Part shown: positions 1-11,882 of the stretch, piece after piece
Position numbering within the stretch: position 1 is the first letter of the stretch
Layout of the letters: each line of letters opens with the position of its first letter
Assembly (NCBI GenBank): GCA_025558095.1
Contig: JAIVFI010000008.1
Location: 124,001 to 188,000, forward strand
DNA length: 64,000 nucleotides
Source: Hyaloraphidium curvatum SAG 235-1
Taxonomy: Eukaryota > Fungi > Monoblepharomycota
Direction: 5' to 3'
Made by a program: the position numbers and the translations under genes
Notes under the pieces: generated by a model
Seen by the model: the letters and a program-made list of their open reading frames with translations, nothing else
Database searches by the model: none
What the model was told of the DNA's origin: nothing

Positions 1-1
1 A

Positions 2-545
2 GCCGATGCCAAAGGGCCGGATGCCAAGGGGCCCAAAACCGCGTCGGCCGACTCCAAAGGCCCCGATGCCAAGGGCCCGGAAGCAAAGCCGGACGCAAAA
101 GGCCCTGAAGCTGCTTCTGTTGCTGCTCCTGCGGATCCCGTACCGACCGATCTGCCGGAGAAAGGCCCGACCGTTGCCGCGCCCGCTCCGGAACCTCCCA
201 AGGCACCCGAAGCCCCTGCCGAAGGCCCCGTGAAGAAGGTATTTGTCGTCGCCGCCCAATTCTTGCCCGATTCTTACATCATCTCCGCAGTACGCTCCCC
301 CGCCCGGAAGGCCGCCGGCTCCTGCTGCCGCCGCTCCGGCCGCGATCCCAGCCGCTCCTGCCGGCGGGGAAGCCGCTTCTCCCAAGAAGTACGCACCACC
401 TCCGCGGCCGCCGCCGGCTGCTGCTGCTGGCCTCGCCGCTCCTGCCGCCGCGCCTCCCGCTGCGGCAAAGACCTATGCTCCGCCGCCCCGGCCGGCTCCC
501 GCGACGCAGTACGCTCCTCCGCCGAGGCCTCCTCCGAAGCAGTGA
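2..545 (+). CDS. 3' end of a Pro/Ala/Lys-rich low-complexity protein (5' part outside the window)
   Basis: Frame 2 reads ADAKGPDAKGP...EGPVKK to 238, then a phase-0 GT-AG intron at 239-290, then YAPPPGRPP...YAPPPRPPPKQ* ending in TGA at 543-545. DAKGP and YAPPPRP motifs repeat. Confidence 0.7.
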
Positions 546-1154
546 AACCAGTTAGCCGTTCGATCGGCGTGGAGTGATGAGCTCGTAGCGGGGCTAGAGC
601 TGACAACACGTTCTCCTTGCAGGACCATTCAATCATGAAGCAGTATTTGGCTGTATCGAATCAATATTCTTTCTTCCAATCTCTTCATCTGCTTTCCATG
701 AAGTTCTCCCGCTTTCTCTCGCTTTCTGCGCTGTGTGAACTGCGACTTGAAGCAGTACGTGAAGCGCAAGGTCTGGGCTGACCCGTGCGAAATTGACTCC
801 AAAGCAATCCGTCTCGTCTGCTCGCACACCGCGACTCCCGGCTCCGTTCCCGCAATTCCGACCGTCCAGGCTCCCAAGAGTTCGGCCCCGGTGCCACACG
901 GCCCGTGCTCGGCGGAGGTGAGTGTTGATGCGCGGTGTCCTGGTGCCAGAAGAGTTGACCAATCTCACCATCCCGGCGCTCCGCTTTCCGCCGCGCCTGT
1001 TTTCTTCGCGTCTGCGCTTTCTTCATGCCAAGGAGTCTCGGCGTTGCTGGCTAGGACCGTGTGCGCGGGGCATCGCACGACTTCGCCCGTCGGAGCCGAG
1101 CGCGACGCCGACTGGGGCCTCGGAGCACCGCTGCCGCCGCGCGAACCAGCCACG

Positions 1155-2734
1155 ATGGCCGCACCCGTGCTGCCGCCGCTCCCGGGCAACCAGGCCCCGG
1201 GCGACCTCTACATGTCGTGAGTAAGCAGCTCTCCGCGTTCGTCCCCCTACTTCTCACCTCACCTACTGTATGTTCCAGGGGAGCGAACGAGTTTGACCAG
1301 CTCGGCCTGTAAGTCTCTTGCCTAACGATTGCCGCGCCGACTCTGACACCGCGCTCCTCCCCGCTTCAGCGGCCCCGACTACGAGGACATCAGCCAGGTC
1401 CTCGACCCGACGAGAGTCAACCTTGGCAACAACAACGTCCTCGACATATTTCGGAGCTGCATGGCGACTTTTGCCATGATCCGCAAAGAAGACGGCACCG
1501 TCAACGTGCTCTCCTGCGGCGCGGATGATGGAGGAGTTCTCGGTGCGTTGCGTCACGGCGTCTGGCTCAAGAAAGACACGCTCACCCTTTCGTCGTATTC
1601 AGGTCGCGTGGTGGTCGAAGAGTCGGACGAGCAGAACTTCCTGCCGGTCCAGGGCATCGAGCGCAGCGTGATCCAAGGAGATGCCGGGGAGCTCATCGCG
1701 GTGATCATCGACCAGGACGGAACAGCCTTTTACACCGGCAAGTTCAGGGTAGGTTGTTTGTTCATCTGCGCCGCAAAACAGTGCGCTGAGCCTCCTCTCC
1801 TATCTTTCGTTGCCTCACAGGACGATGGAGGCAACTGGATCCTCCAGCCTGGATTTGAGCAGTCAAATACTTTCATTCCGATCCCGGGGCTTCCGAGGGG
1901 ACGCAAATTCGTCAAGGTCGCCGTCGGGTACTCGTTCGTCATCCTTCTCGACGAAACGGGCCGGGCGTACTCGTTCGGCGCTGGAGACCACGGAGAGCTC
2001 GGCCGCAGAACCAGCTTCCGCAGCCGCGAGAGCACGTCGCTCGCGCCGCGGGGCATCAACACAAGCAGGATGCCGTTTGGGGACGTGGCTGCAAACGGTT
2101 ACCACGCACTCGCAATCTCCAAGGACCACCAAACGCTCTACGCCTGGGGCGTGAACAACGCAGGCCAGCTGTGAGTCTTTCGCGGATCCGACTGCTTTCG
2201 CAGCTGACGATGTCCCACAGTGGCATGGGTTACGCATCTGAAGACCCGATCGGCACCCCGACTCCCATCAACTTCGAGCTCCCGGAGGGCCGTCGCTACG
2301 TCGACCTTGCCTGCGGAGAGTCACACTCTTTCTTCAAGCTGGACGACGGTAGGAGCCCGCCGCGTCTTCTGCGTTGTCTGCGCTGACACTCGCATTCAGG
2401 AACCTGGTATGCCATGGGCATGAACAAGAACGGCCAGCTGGGACTGCCGATCTGCCCCGCCATCACCACGCCTACCCCCATCCCGCACCGCATGATCCAG
2501 ATCTCTTGCGGTGGCCAGTTCACGGTCGGCGTGCACGAGAGCGGCCTGGCCTGGGGCTGGGGCTCCGCCGAAACCTCCAACCTCGGCCGGCTTACCGCGA
2601 CGGAGGAGCACGACCCGACGGGCACGCTGCCGGAGCGGACCAAGCTCCCCGGGCCGATCGTACCAGAAATTCGGTGCATCAAGGTCGTCGCGGGCTCGCA
2701 GCACACGGCCTACCTGTGCCCCAGGGCGCAGTAA
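1155..2734 (+). CDS. RCC1/Pim1-like beta-propeller (Ran-GEF-like), multi-exon
   Basis: RCC1 repeats: GANEFDQLG, VAVGYSFVILLDETGRAYSFGAGDHGELGR, AANGYHALAISKDHQTLYAWGVNNAGQL, ACGESHSFF, GMNKNGQLG, ISCGGQFTV, VAGSQHT. The ORF pieces are joined by short GT-AG introns. Confidence 0.85.
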
Positions 2735-2943
2735 CTTCCGAGTTCACGCTCGGAGTCAAGATGCTCGATACCCAACACAATCGCTCTGGCACGACTCGCA
2801 CGCGTTTTGGACACTTTCCACTCGTACAGCTCGGACACTCTCACGATGCATTCGTCGTCTATACCCACTTCGATGCTCTTCTTAGTCTATGGATGTATTC
2901 TCTCTGTTGTTTGTTTGACAAGTAGATTGATCTTCTTCTTCGG

Positions 2944-4675
2944 TTATGCATCGTATACCGCCGCGTACGCCTCCCACGCCCCTTGCCACTTTCCTCCCCT
3001 CCCGGCCGCCATCTTTCCTGCCATGGTCGACCTCTCGACGATGATCGGCTGAAGAGCGGCGACCGCGAGTAGCATCCTGAAGGCACCGAGCGCGTCAAAC
3101 GACCTGACGTTGCTGGCCTTCATGCAGTCGCTCAAGATCTCGTAGCCAACGGTCGGCTTGACGAGGCAGAAGTCCGAGAGGAGGTAGTCGAACAGAAACG
3201 CACTTGCGGAAGGCCGGGAGGGGGAAAGGGGAAAAGAAAGGGAAAGAGAGGGGAGGGGAGGAAGGGGGAAAGGACATACGAGTTGCTTTTCCGTCAACCT
3301 CTTGCCGCTCTCCACGAGTTCATTTGCACTCTCGCGGGCACCTTGGAGAATCAACGCGTACAGATCCGGGGCCATGTCGCAGTGGATGCGGGCGAATTCG
3401 TCGATCGGGCGAAACAGATTCATCTGCATCTTGCCGAGCAAGGTCGACCGGCACTTGCTCAGGGAAGCACGCCCCGCTTCGGTGTCCAGCCAGCCTTGCT
3501 CCGCGAGGACCTCCAGAAGCGAGCGAAGGAACGCTTCCTCCTCCGCAGTGTCCGATTCCGCACCCCGGCCCACTGCGGCAAACCTCAGCACGTCTGGCCA
3601 CTGCCCGTCGAGCTTGCCGTCATAAAGGTCGACGCAGTACACCTTGCAGAGCAGAGAAACGACCGTCGCATTGATGTCGGGTTGGATCCACGTCAAGCAG
3701 AGCGCTGAGCATTTCCTTGGCTCGCGAACCCGAGAGCATCTCGGTATCCTCCTCTGGGAGCGCGAGCAGAATGAGCTCTTCCTCAAGCCTTGCCAGAAAG
3801 CTGTGCACGGTGTGCCAGACGAAGGAGCCGTCCCGGAGCTCCGGCGACACGCCAAATTTCACCAGACGGCGGACGGCGACAATGTCCCCTTGTGCACGGC
3901 ACAAAACAGCACATAGTAGCCCGTCCTGATGCCTTCGACGCCAACGTCATCTCCAAAAATGCCAGTGTACTTGGTGGTGCGCACTTTGGACTCCAGTGTC
4001 GCGTCGGGCCCGAAGCCGTACTTGTTCCTGAGCGTCAGCATTGCGGTCAGCACGGGATCGTTCTCCACAGCCCATCCGCCGAGCTTTCCCTGATCCACGA
4101 GGAACTCTTGGTATGGCGCAAGCTTCTCCGATTTCGCATTGACGAGCCCTTCAAAGTCTCTCGAATCGGAGAGCGCCGGGTTGAAGCCGAGGTGGCCGAT
4201 GGTAGGCACCTTCTTGCGCAGGCACGAGACGGTGGAAACGGCAGGTGGAGGATATAGGGCGTCCGCGGCAACCATGATTGGCAGTAGGAGATCTGCCCTC
4301 GAGGCATTCGAACACCGGCGGTAGAGACGCTGGAACTGGTAGCGCGGCACCGGATCGCACTTGCGGGCGAGCACCTCGACGACCTCGCGAGTGAGGAGCG
4401 CCAGCTAAGACTGTGCGCCCTCGAGAGCCCGGGCGTTTCCGTAGACTGCGACGAGGAAGTCTGCGCGCGTTGAGGCCGCAGAGCCCAGCAAATGCAGCGC
4501 CCGACACGTCTGTAAGAAGTGCGCAGGAGTTGCCCGAAGATTCAAGGGGCTCCGTCCACAGAACGAGATGATTCGGACCAGCAATTCGGGAGGGAGGTCG
4601 AGGAGAAGGGGACGCAAGTCCAACTCGGATCCGGCCTCTTCTGCCGCCTCCTCGGGGGATTCGAGCCCAGCATCG
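2944..4675 (-). pseudogene. Disrupted paralogue of the F-box-like helical protein at 12969-14894
   Basis: Colinear with the 12969 protein (LPPELL..IISFCG; PVPRYQ.QRLY; DALYPPPAVS; RIHCD; ILSDCMK). In-frame TAG at 4405-4407 falls where the paralogue has Trp, homology switches frame near 3900 and ~3680, and a segment is missing before YEILSDCMK. Confidence 0.7.
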
Positions 4676-5203
4676 AGTCCGGAGCGCCGACAGCGCAGGG
4701 ACTGAAGTCTTGGCCAGGAAGTGTGGGGACGGCGAGGGACCGCGGTCACCGTTTTGCGGTCAAGACCTTCGGCAGCTTCACGGGCTGCGAGCAACCCCAA
4801 GCAAGTATTCGCCCTCAGGTAATCGATCAAAACACATTAGGTCAGCTTGGATCGGATCTGCTGACATTAAGAGGCGTCTCGATCGGTCGAAAGAATGGTC
4901 CGTTCTCGTGCAGGCCGCAAGAAGCCGAGCCCGACGATCACCGAATAAAGCGTTATTCATCTCTGCGTTGATCTGCATTGTTTACCTGGAGATTGGAGGT
5001 TGTCGACTGGTGCGCAACGCCGCTTTGTGAGTCACCTGCTTGTGAGGCTGTGCGCTGCCTAGTCGGGGCTTGACTTGGGCGCGGATGTGGACCCCAGTCC
5101 GCAAAAGCCGACCCAACTTCCCCGGCCGCGAGGGAGTCTCAGGAGTGGAGGGCGGGGAGAGCAACACAATCGCTCAATCAAAAGACCATCGGGAACGTCC
5201 GCG

Positions 5204-7393
5204 ATGGCGGCCAACGGGCGGGACGTCGCTGTCGACGTGGAAAAGGGCAAGCCAGGGAACCCCCAACTCTACCTCGAATGGAGGGACCTCTGCCTCGAAG
5301 TGCCGGACCGGAACAACAAAAAGAGCACGATGAAGATTCTAGACGGCGGTGGGCATCTGTTTCCGGGCTGCGCAGGCGGTGCTTGACGGGGAGACCAGCA
5401 TCGGGTTCCGTGGCCTCTGGGGAGGTCCTCGCCGTCCTCGGCCCCTCGGGTTGCGGCAAGACGACGCTGCTGAACGTGCTGTCGGCAAGAGTGTATTCTG
5501 GCAAGGCAAGAGTCACGGAGTATCGGTGCTTCGAGTTGTGACTCATGACTCCCAACAGGTCACGGGGACAGTCCTCATCAACGGCCAGCACAGGCCGAAA
5601 GACTGGCCCTCTCTCACTGGAATGGTCCAACAGGATGACGTAGTGTTCGTAGGCGTCGTTCTGCGGTTCCTAACTCCCTCCATGACACCGTTTCGCTCCG
5701 ACAGCTACGAGGAGCTCACCGTGATGGAGACGATGCGGTTCGCGGCCAAGCTCCGGCTGCCGAAGGGAACGCCGGAGGCAGAGATTGATTCCCGCTGCCG
5801 CATGCTGCTTTCGGAGCTTGGTTTGGCGGAGGTGGAGAACGTGATGGTCGGCAACTCGGTCAAGAAGGGCATTTCGGTCTGTCCGCGAACGCCGAAGCCA
5901 TTCGGATCAGAGATCTGATACTTTTGTTCGACAACTTGCAGGGAGGACAGCGGAAGCGGCTGATAGTTGCCTCGGAGCTCGTCGACCAGCCCGACATCCT
6001 CTTCCTCGACGAACCCACCTCTGGCCTCGACGCCTCGAGCGCCATCATCCTGATCGAGGCCCTGCAAAAGATGGCCCGCCGCGAGGGCTCCATCATCATC
6101 CTGACAATCCACCAGCCCCGCGCCTCCATCTTCTCCTCTTTCGACAAGGTCTGCATCATGTCGAAGGGGAGGGAGGCCTTTTTCGGCCCGCCCGCGGCGG
6201 CCCTGGACCACTGGACCAAAATGGGCCTGCCCGTCCCCGAGGGGGACAACCCCGCGGACCACTACCTGGACACGGTGACGATCAGCGGCCTGACGCCCGA
6301 GGCACGCACCGAGCAGGGAAAGCAGCTCGAGGCGTTGCTGCAGGCCTGGAACAGAGACAGGCCGCCCGTGCCGCCCAACACCTTTGCGCCCGTCATGATC
6401 ACTAGGGGTTCGGGACCCGGCGTCCAGAAGCCGGGCTGGACGACGCAGTTCTCGGCCAACCTGAAGAGGCAGTGGCAGATGTTCGTCCGCGACCGAGGGT
6501 CCCTGGTCAGCACCGTCGTGCAGACCCTGGTGATCGCCATGTTCCTTGGAATCGTGTTCTTTGGCATGACCGAGGGTGCCGGTGCCTTGCTGCTACGATT
6601 ACTGGCTTTGGTAGGTCCGAGCCAAGAGCTGCATTCGCTCGCCCTGCTGATTGCTCGGTCCCGCAGTTCTTTGTCACCTTTGTAACCCTCGTCGTCAATC
6701 TCCTGCCGATCGTCCAGGCTTTCGCCCTCGAGCGCCGCATCCTGGTTCGCGAGCGCAGCAGCAACACGTACGATCCCTCGTCGTTCTACCTCGCCAAGCT
6801 GGCGATAGTATTCCCCATTGCCACCATCTCTTCGATCGTTATCGTCTCGATCTCTTACTGGATGATGAACTTCGTCGACTCGGCGCAGCGGTTCTTCCTC
6901 TACATGGTCGCCGTGGTCGTCCTCGCCTGGATCGCGCAGGCGCTCGGCCTGGTGATCGGTTCGTGGATCGAGAACCCGCAGACGGGGGCGGGCATCGCGC
7001 AAATCGTGGTGCTCGTCGCCATCGTCTTTGGCGGCCTGTTCAGCGGTTTCGTGGGTGGTAGCAGGGCGCTCGCGCGGTCAGGAACTCACTTTGAACCCTC
7101 CCAACCAGATGCCCAACTGGATTTCGTGGATCCAATGGCTTTCTCCCGCCAACTACGCCTTCCGTGCCATGGCCCAGATGGTCCTGCAAGGCGAGAAGTT
7201 CCGGTGCGACCTCACCATCGGGCAGAGCACGATCTGCCTCGTCACCGGCGACGATGCTCTGCAGATGTTCGGCGTCTCCTACCCCACGGCTTGGATCTGT
7301 ATCCTCATTGAGCTGGGGATGTTCTGCGTCTTCCACATCCTTGCTATCATTGGCCTGTACACGACGCTCAGGCGGAAGCCGATCATTATCTGA
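5204..7393 (+). CDS. ABCG (White-like) half-size ABC transporter, multi-exon
   Basis: Walker A GPSGCGKTT, signature ISGGQRKR (split by an intron), Walker B ILFLDEPTSGLD and TIHQP, followed by an ABC2 membrane domain (ERRILVRER; WISWIQWLSPANYAF). Confidence 0.93.
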
Positions 7394-7480
7394 AGACCAT
7401 AATCGGATGCTCCTTAACTGTACCTGTTGTGCGAATGTGGATGAATGCTGATTAGGGTGCCTGGCAAGCTCAAAAAATAC

Positions 7481-7537
7481 CGTGCCCACGGGCATGCCCA
7501 TCACCTGATCCGATGGGCACCATATGGGCATGCCCAT
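7481..7537. repeat. Left subterminal TGGGCA/TGCCCA motif array of the hAT element
   Basis: Several TGCCCA/TGGGCA copies, including the palindrome GGGCATGCCC twice. Confidence 0.8.
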
Positions 7538-7561
7538 CATGTACTTGTAGAAGAGAGTCTA

Positions 7562-9976
7562 TTAGGAACGTGCACGATGCTGCGCTAAGAGTGCTTCCAA
7601 GCTTATCTGTGCCTCCCCCTCCTCAACAAAAGCCCGCAGCGGTTGAGCAGCAGCCAATTGGGCTTCCTCAGCAGTGCGCAGTTGATTAATGTCGAGGAAA
7701 CTCTCCAAGACATAGGGCCCTGTCGCGGCGCGGAAGACGGAAGTTGTCCCAAATCCCACCTCGAACTCCTCCTCCTCCGCATCAATGCGAGGCCAAAGTG
7801 CGTGGAAAACATCTCGGTGCTGCTCGTTTTCCGGGTCCAGGGCCCGGATAGGAGCTCCCGAGCCCAAGGTCAAGGAATCCAGGACGTCGGCAAGGTTGTC
7901 ATCGGTTCCGTGGGTTCTCCAGGGCTTTTCCTCCGCAGATTGCACCCTTGGCTTTAAGGTCTTCATCTCCTGCTTCAATGCGCTCTTGACCAGCCCTATT
8001 TCCTTCAACGTTGCGGAATTCATTCGATTCCGCGAGTCTGTCTTTGCAAGGCCCAAACTGGAAAACACGCGCTCGGTCGCGGCACTGTGCGGCGCAATGC
8101 TAAGCACCATGAGCGCAAACTCGCGCACAAAGACGAGTTCCGTAGTGCCCAAGCCCCAGGTCTCCCAGAACTCCCTTGCCGTCCGAACCTGGCCGTCGAT
8201 CCCGCTGAACATGTTGCGCCCGAAGAAATAGTCATCCAGCTGGGCAAGGACCGACAAGCTGGCCTCCTGTCGGAACTTCCAAGCAAGCAGCAGCTTGCCA
8301 ATCTCCCATTCGAGCCACCGCTTCTTGTCCCTGCCGTCGACCTGGCACCCAGTCACAGAAAACTTCCGGTGAACAGGGGAAAGGTGGAGAGCAACAAGGT
8401 AGATCGCATGATCAAACTCCTTGACTCTGGCATTTAACGACAACTTAGCCAGAGCGAATGTTTCCCTGGCACCCTCCACAACGGGACTAACACCACGCCA
8501 GGTCCGAGCAACCATCGAATACTCGATCAGTACGTCTGCCAGGGTCGCGTCCGAATGCTCAAGGCGGCCTAGGGCATCCACAATCGGCCTCACGATCTGG
8601 ATCAGCTCCGCATTGTGGGCAAAGTGATACGGGTCCTTCACCACATCCAGCACCCGATCTGGAACGTCTGTCGGCCGTACACCGGGTTCCAGGCCATCGT
8701 GCGCGTGTTGCGGGCTGAGGAGAAGACGGAACCACGGCTGATGTGCGTCAATGCCCAAGCAGACCGTAATGAGAGAGTACCAGCGCGAGTCGGTATGCGT
8801 CGCGAGGGAGTGTGCAACATCGTGCTTGCCGGCCCAAATCTGGGCCAAGCGGCGCCACATAGGCGCCTTGTGAATCCAATTGACGAGAGTGAGGTTCTTT
8901 TTGATCACGGAGGTGGCCCAGTCGTGCTTCACAATGTCCTTGACGAGCAGGTTGAGGTTGTGGAGAACACACCGAATGCCGATGATGTGGGGGTGCTCCG
9001 TGCTCACCAGCCGACGAAGCTTCTTCATGACGGAAGGACTGTCCGTGCAGAACGCGTTCACGGGGCCCGGGGCCGCGAGATTGAGGCCAATTGAGCGGCA
9101 CGACATGTTCACCTTCTCGTGCAAAAGCTCCGCGTTGTGGCGATCCTGAGTGACATCCCAGAGGTCCAACAAACGCTCCATGCCCGGTGTAACGGCTACC
9201 ATCGCGTAGATTGAGGCCCCAGACGAATCCTCCCATCCGTCAAGCTGCAGAGTCCACGACTTTGCGGTCCCACAAAGCACGACCAACTTCTGGGCTTCGT
9301 CCCTAGTGATCTGGGTCAGGATACCACCAATAGAGTGGCGTGTCAGGGGCCGGTACGCCGGGCTCAGGATCCCCAGAGCTTGCAGCAAATATGGATTCGA
9401 CGCGAATCGAAACGGGACGTTGCCGGTCACAAAAGCTTTGGTGATCGCGAAATCCACCGCACTTGCAGTGGCAGCAGACAGAGGGGGATGGAAATGAGCC
9501 AGGAGAGTTCCAGCGCCAGATGCGGAGCCCGCCGCAGAACACGCCGAGGGCGGCGTCGACGACGCGTCAGAAAACGCGTTCCTCTTCCTGCGTTTGCTCT
9601 GCGGCGCTGCAGCAGACTTTTTCTTCTGCTCCTCGTCGTACTGATTGAGGCGCCGAAGGTACGCGACGCGTTCTTCCCCCACGGACTTGCACTTGGAAAC
9701 GATGTGCTGCTCCAACCGTTCTGGCCGGCCATCCATTTCCTCCGAGCAGAAAGTGCACTTGGCCGTGACGCGTTTGCCCCTGTTCACCCCGTCCTTCCTT
9801 TTGACGAGGAAGCCCGCCCATCGCGGGTCGAGATCCGGTGCCGGGCGCACCCAATCGCCCCGCTCCACGGAAGGTCGCAAGGAGGCAGAGCCGCGCTCGG
9901 ATCCGCTCTCCTCCTCGTCGCTGCGTCCTTCATTGACTGCGCTGATGCTGTCATTGGGCGCGAGTTCGTCCTCCAT
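7562..9976 (-). CDS. hAT transposase (BED zinc finger, DUF659/RNase H-like DDE core, hATC dimerisation region), intronless
   Basis: BED finger CTFC...HIVSKC, LQLDGWED, CTDSPSVM, CVLH (CxxH) and SAATERVFSS. Likely ATG at 9976; the ORF is open from 10084. Confidence 0.93.
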   Translation of the reverse strand: MEDELAPNDSISAVNEGRSDEEESGSERGSASLRPSVERGDWVRPAPDLDPRWAGFLVKRKDGVNRGKRVTAKCTFCSEEMDGRPERLEQHIVSKCKSVGEERVAYLRRLNQYDEEQKKKSAAAPQSKRRKRNAFSDASSTPPSACSAAGSASGAGTLLAHFHPPLSAATASAVDFAITKAFVTGNVPFRFASNPYLLQALGILSPAYRPLTRHSIGGILTQITRDEAQKLVVLCGTAKSWTLQLDGWEDSSGASIYAMVAVTPGMERLLDLWDVTQDRHNAELLHEKVNMSCRSIGLNLAAPGPVNAFCTDSPSVMKKLRRLVSTEHPHIIGIRCVLHNLNLLVKDIVKHDWATSVIKKNLTLVNWIHKAPMWRRLAQIWAGKHDVAHSLATHTDSRWYSLITVCLGIDAHQPWFRLLLSPQHAHDGLEPGVRPTDVPDRVLDVVKDPYHFAHNAELIQIVRPIVDALGRLEHSDATLADVLIEYSMVARTWRGVSPVVEGARETFALAKLSLNARVKEFDHAIYLVALHLSPVHRKFSVTGCQVDGRDKKRWLEWEIGKLLLAWKFRQEASLSVLAQLDDYFFGRNMFSGIDGQVRTAREFWETWGLGTTELVFVREFALMVLSIAPHSAATERVFSSLGLAKTDSRNRMNSATLKEIGLVKSALKQEMKTLKPRVQSAEEKPWRTHGTDDNLADVLDSLTLGSGAPIRALDPENEQHRDVFHALWPRIDAEEEEFEVGFGTTSVFRAATGPYVLESFLDINQLRTAEEAQLAAAQPLRAFVEEGEAQISLEALLAQHRARS

Positions 9977-10200
9977 GTTCAGGACTTCGCAAAGCCGGTG
10001 AACTCGCGACGCACCCCCCACCCGCCGACCGCGACACCCTCGCAGAAAAGGAACGGAGACCGCTCTACGGATGAATGATTTCATTGAATCACTATATCAA
10101 TTCATCCACGTTTGCTTGGCGTGAGCGATAGATTCCGCGTCCTGGCCCTGGCTCCTGACCCCTTAGGCCGGCTCCCCTGCCCGCTCGACGGGCTCGCTGT

Positions 10201-10266
10201 TGGGCACCCGGTGGGCAGCGCATCCGCAATTGGTGCCCATGGGCATGCCCACTTTGGGCATGCCCA
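10201..10266. repeat. Right subterminal TGGGCA/TGCCCA motif array of the hAT element
   Basis: TGGGCA twice, TGCCCA, and the palindrome TGGGCATGCCCA twice. Confidence 0.8.
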
Positions 10267-10598
10267 ACTTTTTGGTGCCAGGCACCCTAATGCTGATATC
10301 CAGTTTGCGATCCCCTGAACGGAGAATGCGGCGTTGCGTCGGGCCGCCGTCGGCTGCCAACTCACCTCAACCGACTGCCGCGCAGCACCTCGTCCCGCCG
10401 GCCTAGAGACCTAGCCGGCCCCGAGCGGACGACGAATCCACTTTTCTCTTGATCCAGTGCCCGCCGGCCTCCCCGTACTGCCGGCGGGCGCTGCGCTTGG
10501 GCTCGGAACGGCCAGGGAATCCGGCAGAAGAAAGCACCCCCACGGCTCTCCGCGGCTCCGGATACGCCGCCGCGCTACGTAGCCTCTCTGGACGCATA

Positions 10599-11803
10599 AT
10601 GGAAGCCGCTCGCAACGCCGCACTGCCCGCCCGGCGGCCCTCCCCGGTTCCGTCGTCCGCCCGCTCGCCGAAGAAGCGCGACCCCTCGCGGCCCGGCGCA
10701 GGCACTCCAACGACGTCGGCGACGCTCAGCCCGGCACGCACGCCCGCGGAGGACGACGACACCGCCGCCGGCTCGGGAGCAGAGTCGCCGCGGGACGCCC
10801 CGGCTCCGGACCGCGCCCGCTCGCCTTCGCCCCAGCGGGAGGACTCACCCGATCGCCTGGCCCGCGAAGCTCGTCGCTCCAACTGGGCTCCGGCATCCCC
10901 TTTGCCGAGGACGCCGTCGGTTTCGCCCTCGCGCAAGCGCCGGCGCCCCTCCCCGTCTCCTCCCCGGCCCCGTTCGCCTTCTCCGGGCGAGGAATGGCGC
11001 CAGCCCTCGAACCTCAACCCTGTTGTGAAGCGTGATCTCGTGCTCGAATACTGGGAGCGCTCGGAAGAGTGCACGGTCCGCAAGAAGGCCCACCTGGTGA
11101 GCGGTGCCCGTCCATTCAGTTGATGTGGGCACTCTAACCCGTTTGAAACTCTCTTTTCGTTCCTCTTCTCCGTTCATACCTCTTCTCTTCCTTCTTTCGT
11201 AAGGCCGACATCGACCGCATTCAAGGTTCGCGCGAGGATTGGATTATGCGCTCGGTGCTGCACACGGACCACACGGTGCTCGAACCCAACCCGTTCCCGT
11301 ACACGACTCCCAGGGGCATAGAACATTGGACTCTGTGGAGCGTAGGCAATTTGAACACGGAACAGGTCGAATCTTTCGTCGTCGGATGGATCGAGAGGGA
11401 GAAGAAAGAAGTGGTCAGGTGGAACTTTGACTGGAACGAGGTTGGTCGAATTTCTGCCCATCCCCGCATCAAAGTCGCTCATCTGACTCCCACGAAACAG
11501 GGCATCGGCTCCATCGACGTCTGGCACATCCACGTCTACTTCCAGACGGTCCCCGACGACCTCGTCGACCGCTCCGTCGTCGCCGCGGAGCGCGAGGCCG
11601 AGCGCCGGAAGCACGAGGAGGAGCGGCGGCGGTACGAGGAGGAGCGGGGCAGGAAGAGGGTACGGTGGGACGAGGGCCCTTCGAGGAGCCCGTCGAGGAG
11701 CCCGGAGGGGGGCAATGGGTGGGATTCGTGGGAGAGGGCGCGGGACGGGGACCCGTGCGCGGCGGCGGAACGGGAGCGCGAGGCGCAAGCACCGGCCGGA
11801 TAG
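10599..11803 (+). CDS. DUF3605-like (HIT-fold-like) protein with Ser/Pro/Arg-rich N-terminus, 3 exons
   Basis: NPFPYTTPRGIEHWTLWS and SIDVWHIHVYF resemble the DUF3605 NxxPY..I.H..WS and SxxxxxHxHV motifs. Introns at ~11097-11203 and 11441-11500. Confidence 0.7.
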
Positions 11804-11882
11804 AGGAAGGAGGGAAGGGGGGGGGGGGGGGGGGGAACTCCCTCATCCAACAACTTCGTCATACCATGTTCATAGAAACAGT

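Larger units (their letters stand above)
7453..10289 (-). mobile_element. Full-length hAT-superfamily DNA transposon (2,837 bp)
   Basis: Perfect 14-bp TIRs: TAGGGTGCCTGGCA at 7453-7466 and TGCCAGGCACCCTA at 10276-10289. Perfect 8-bp TSD ATGCTGAT at 7445-7452 and 10290-10297. Encloses an intact transposase ORF. Confidence 0.96.
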
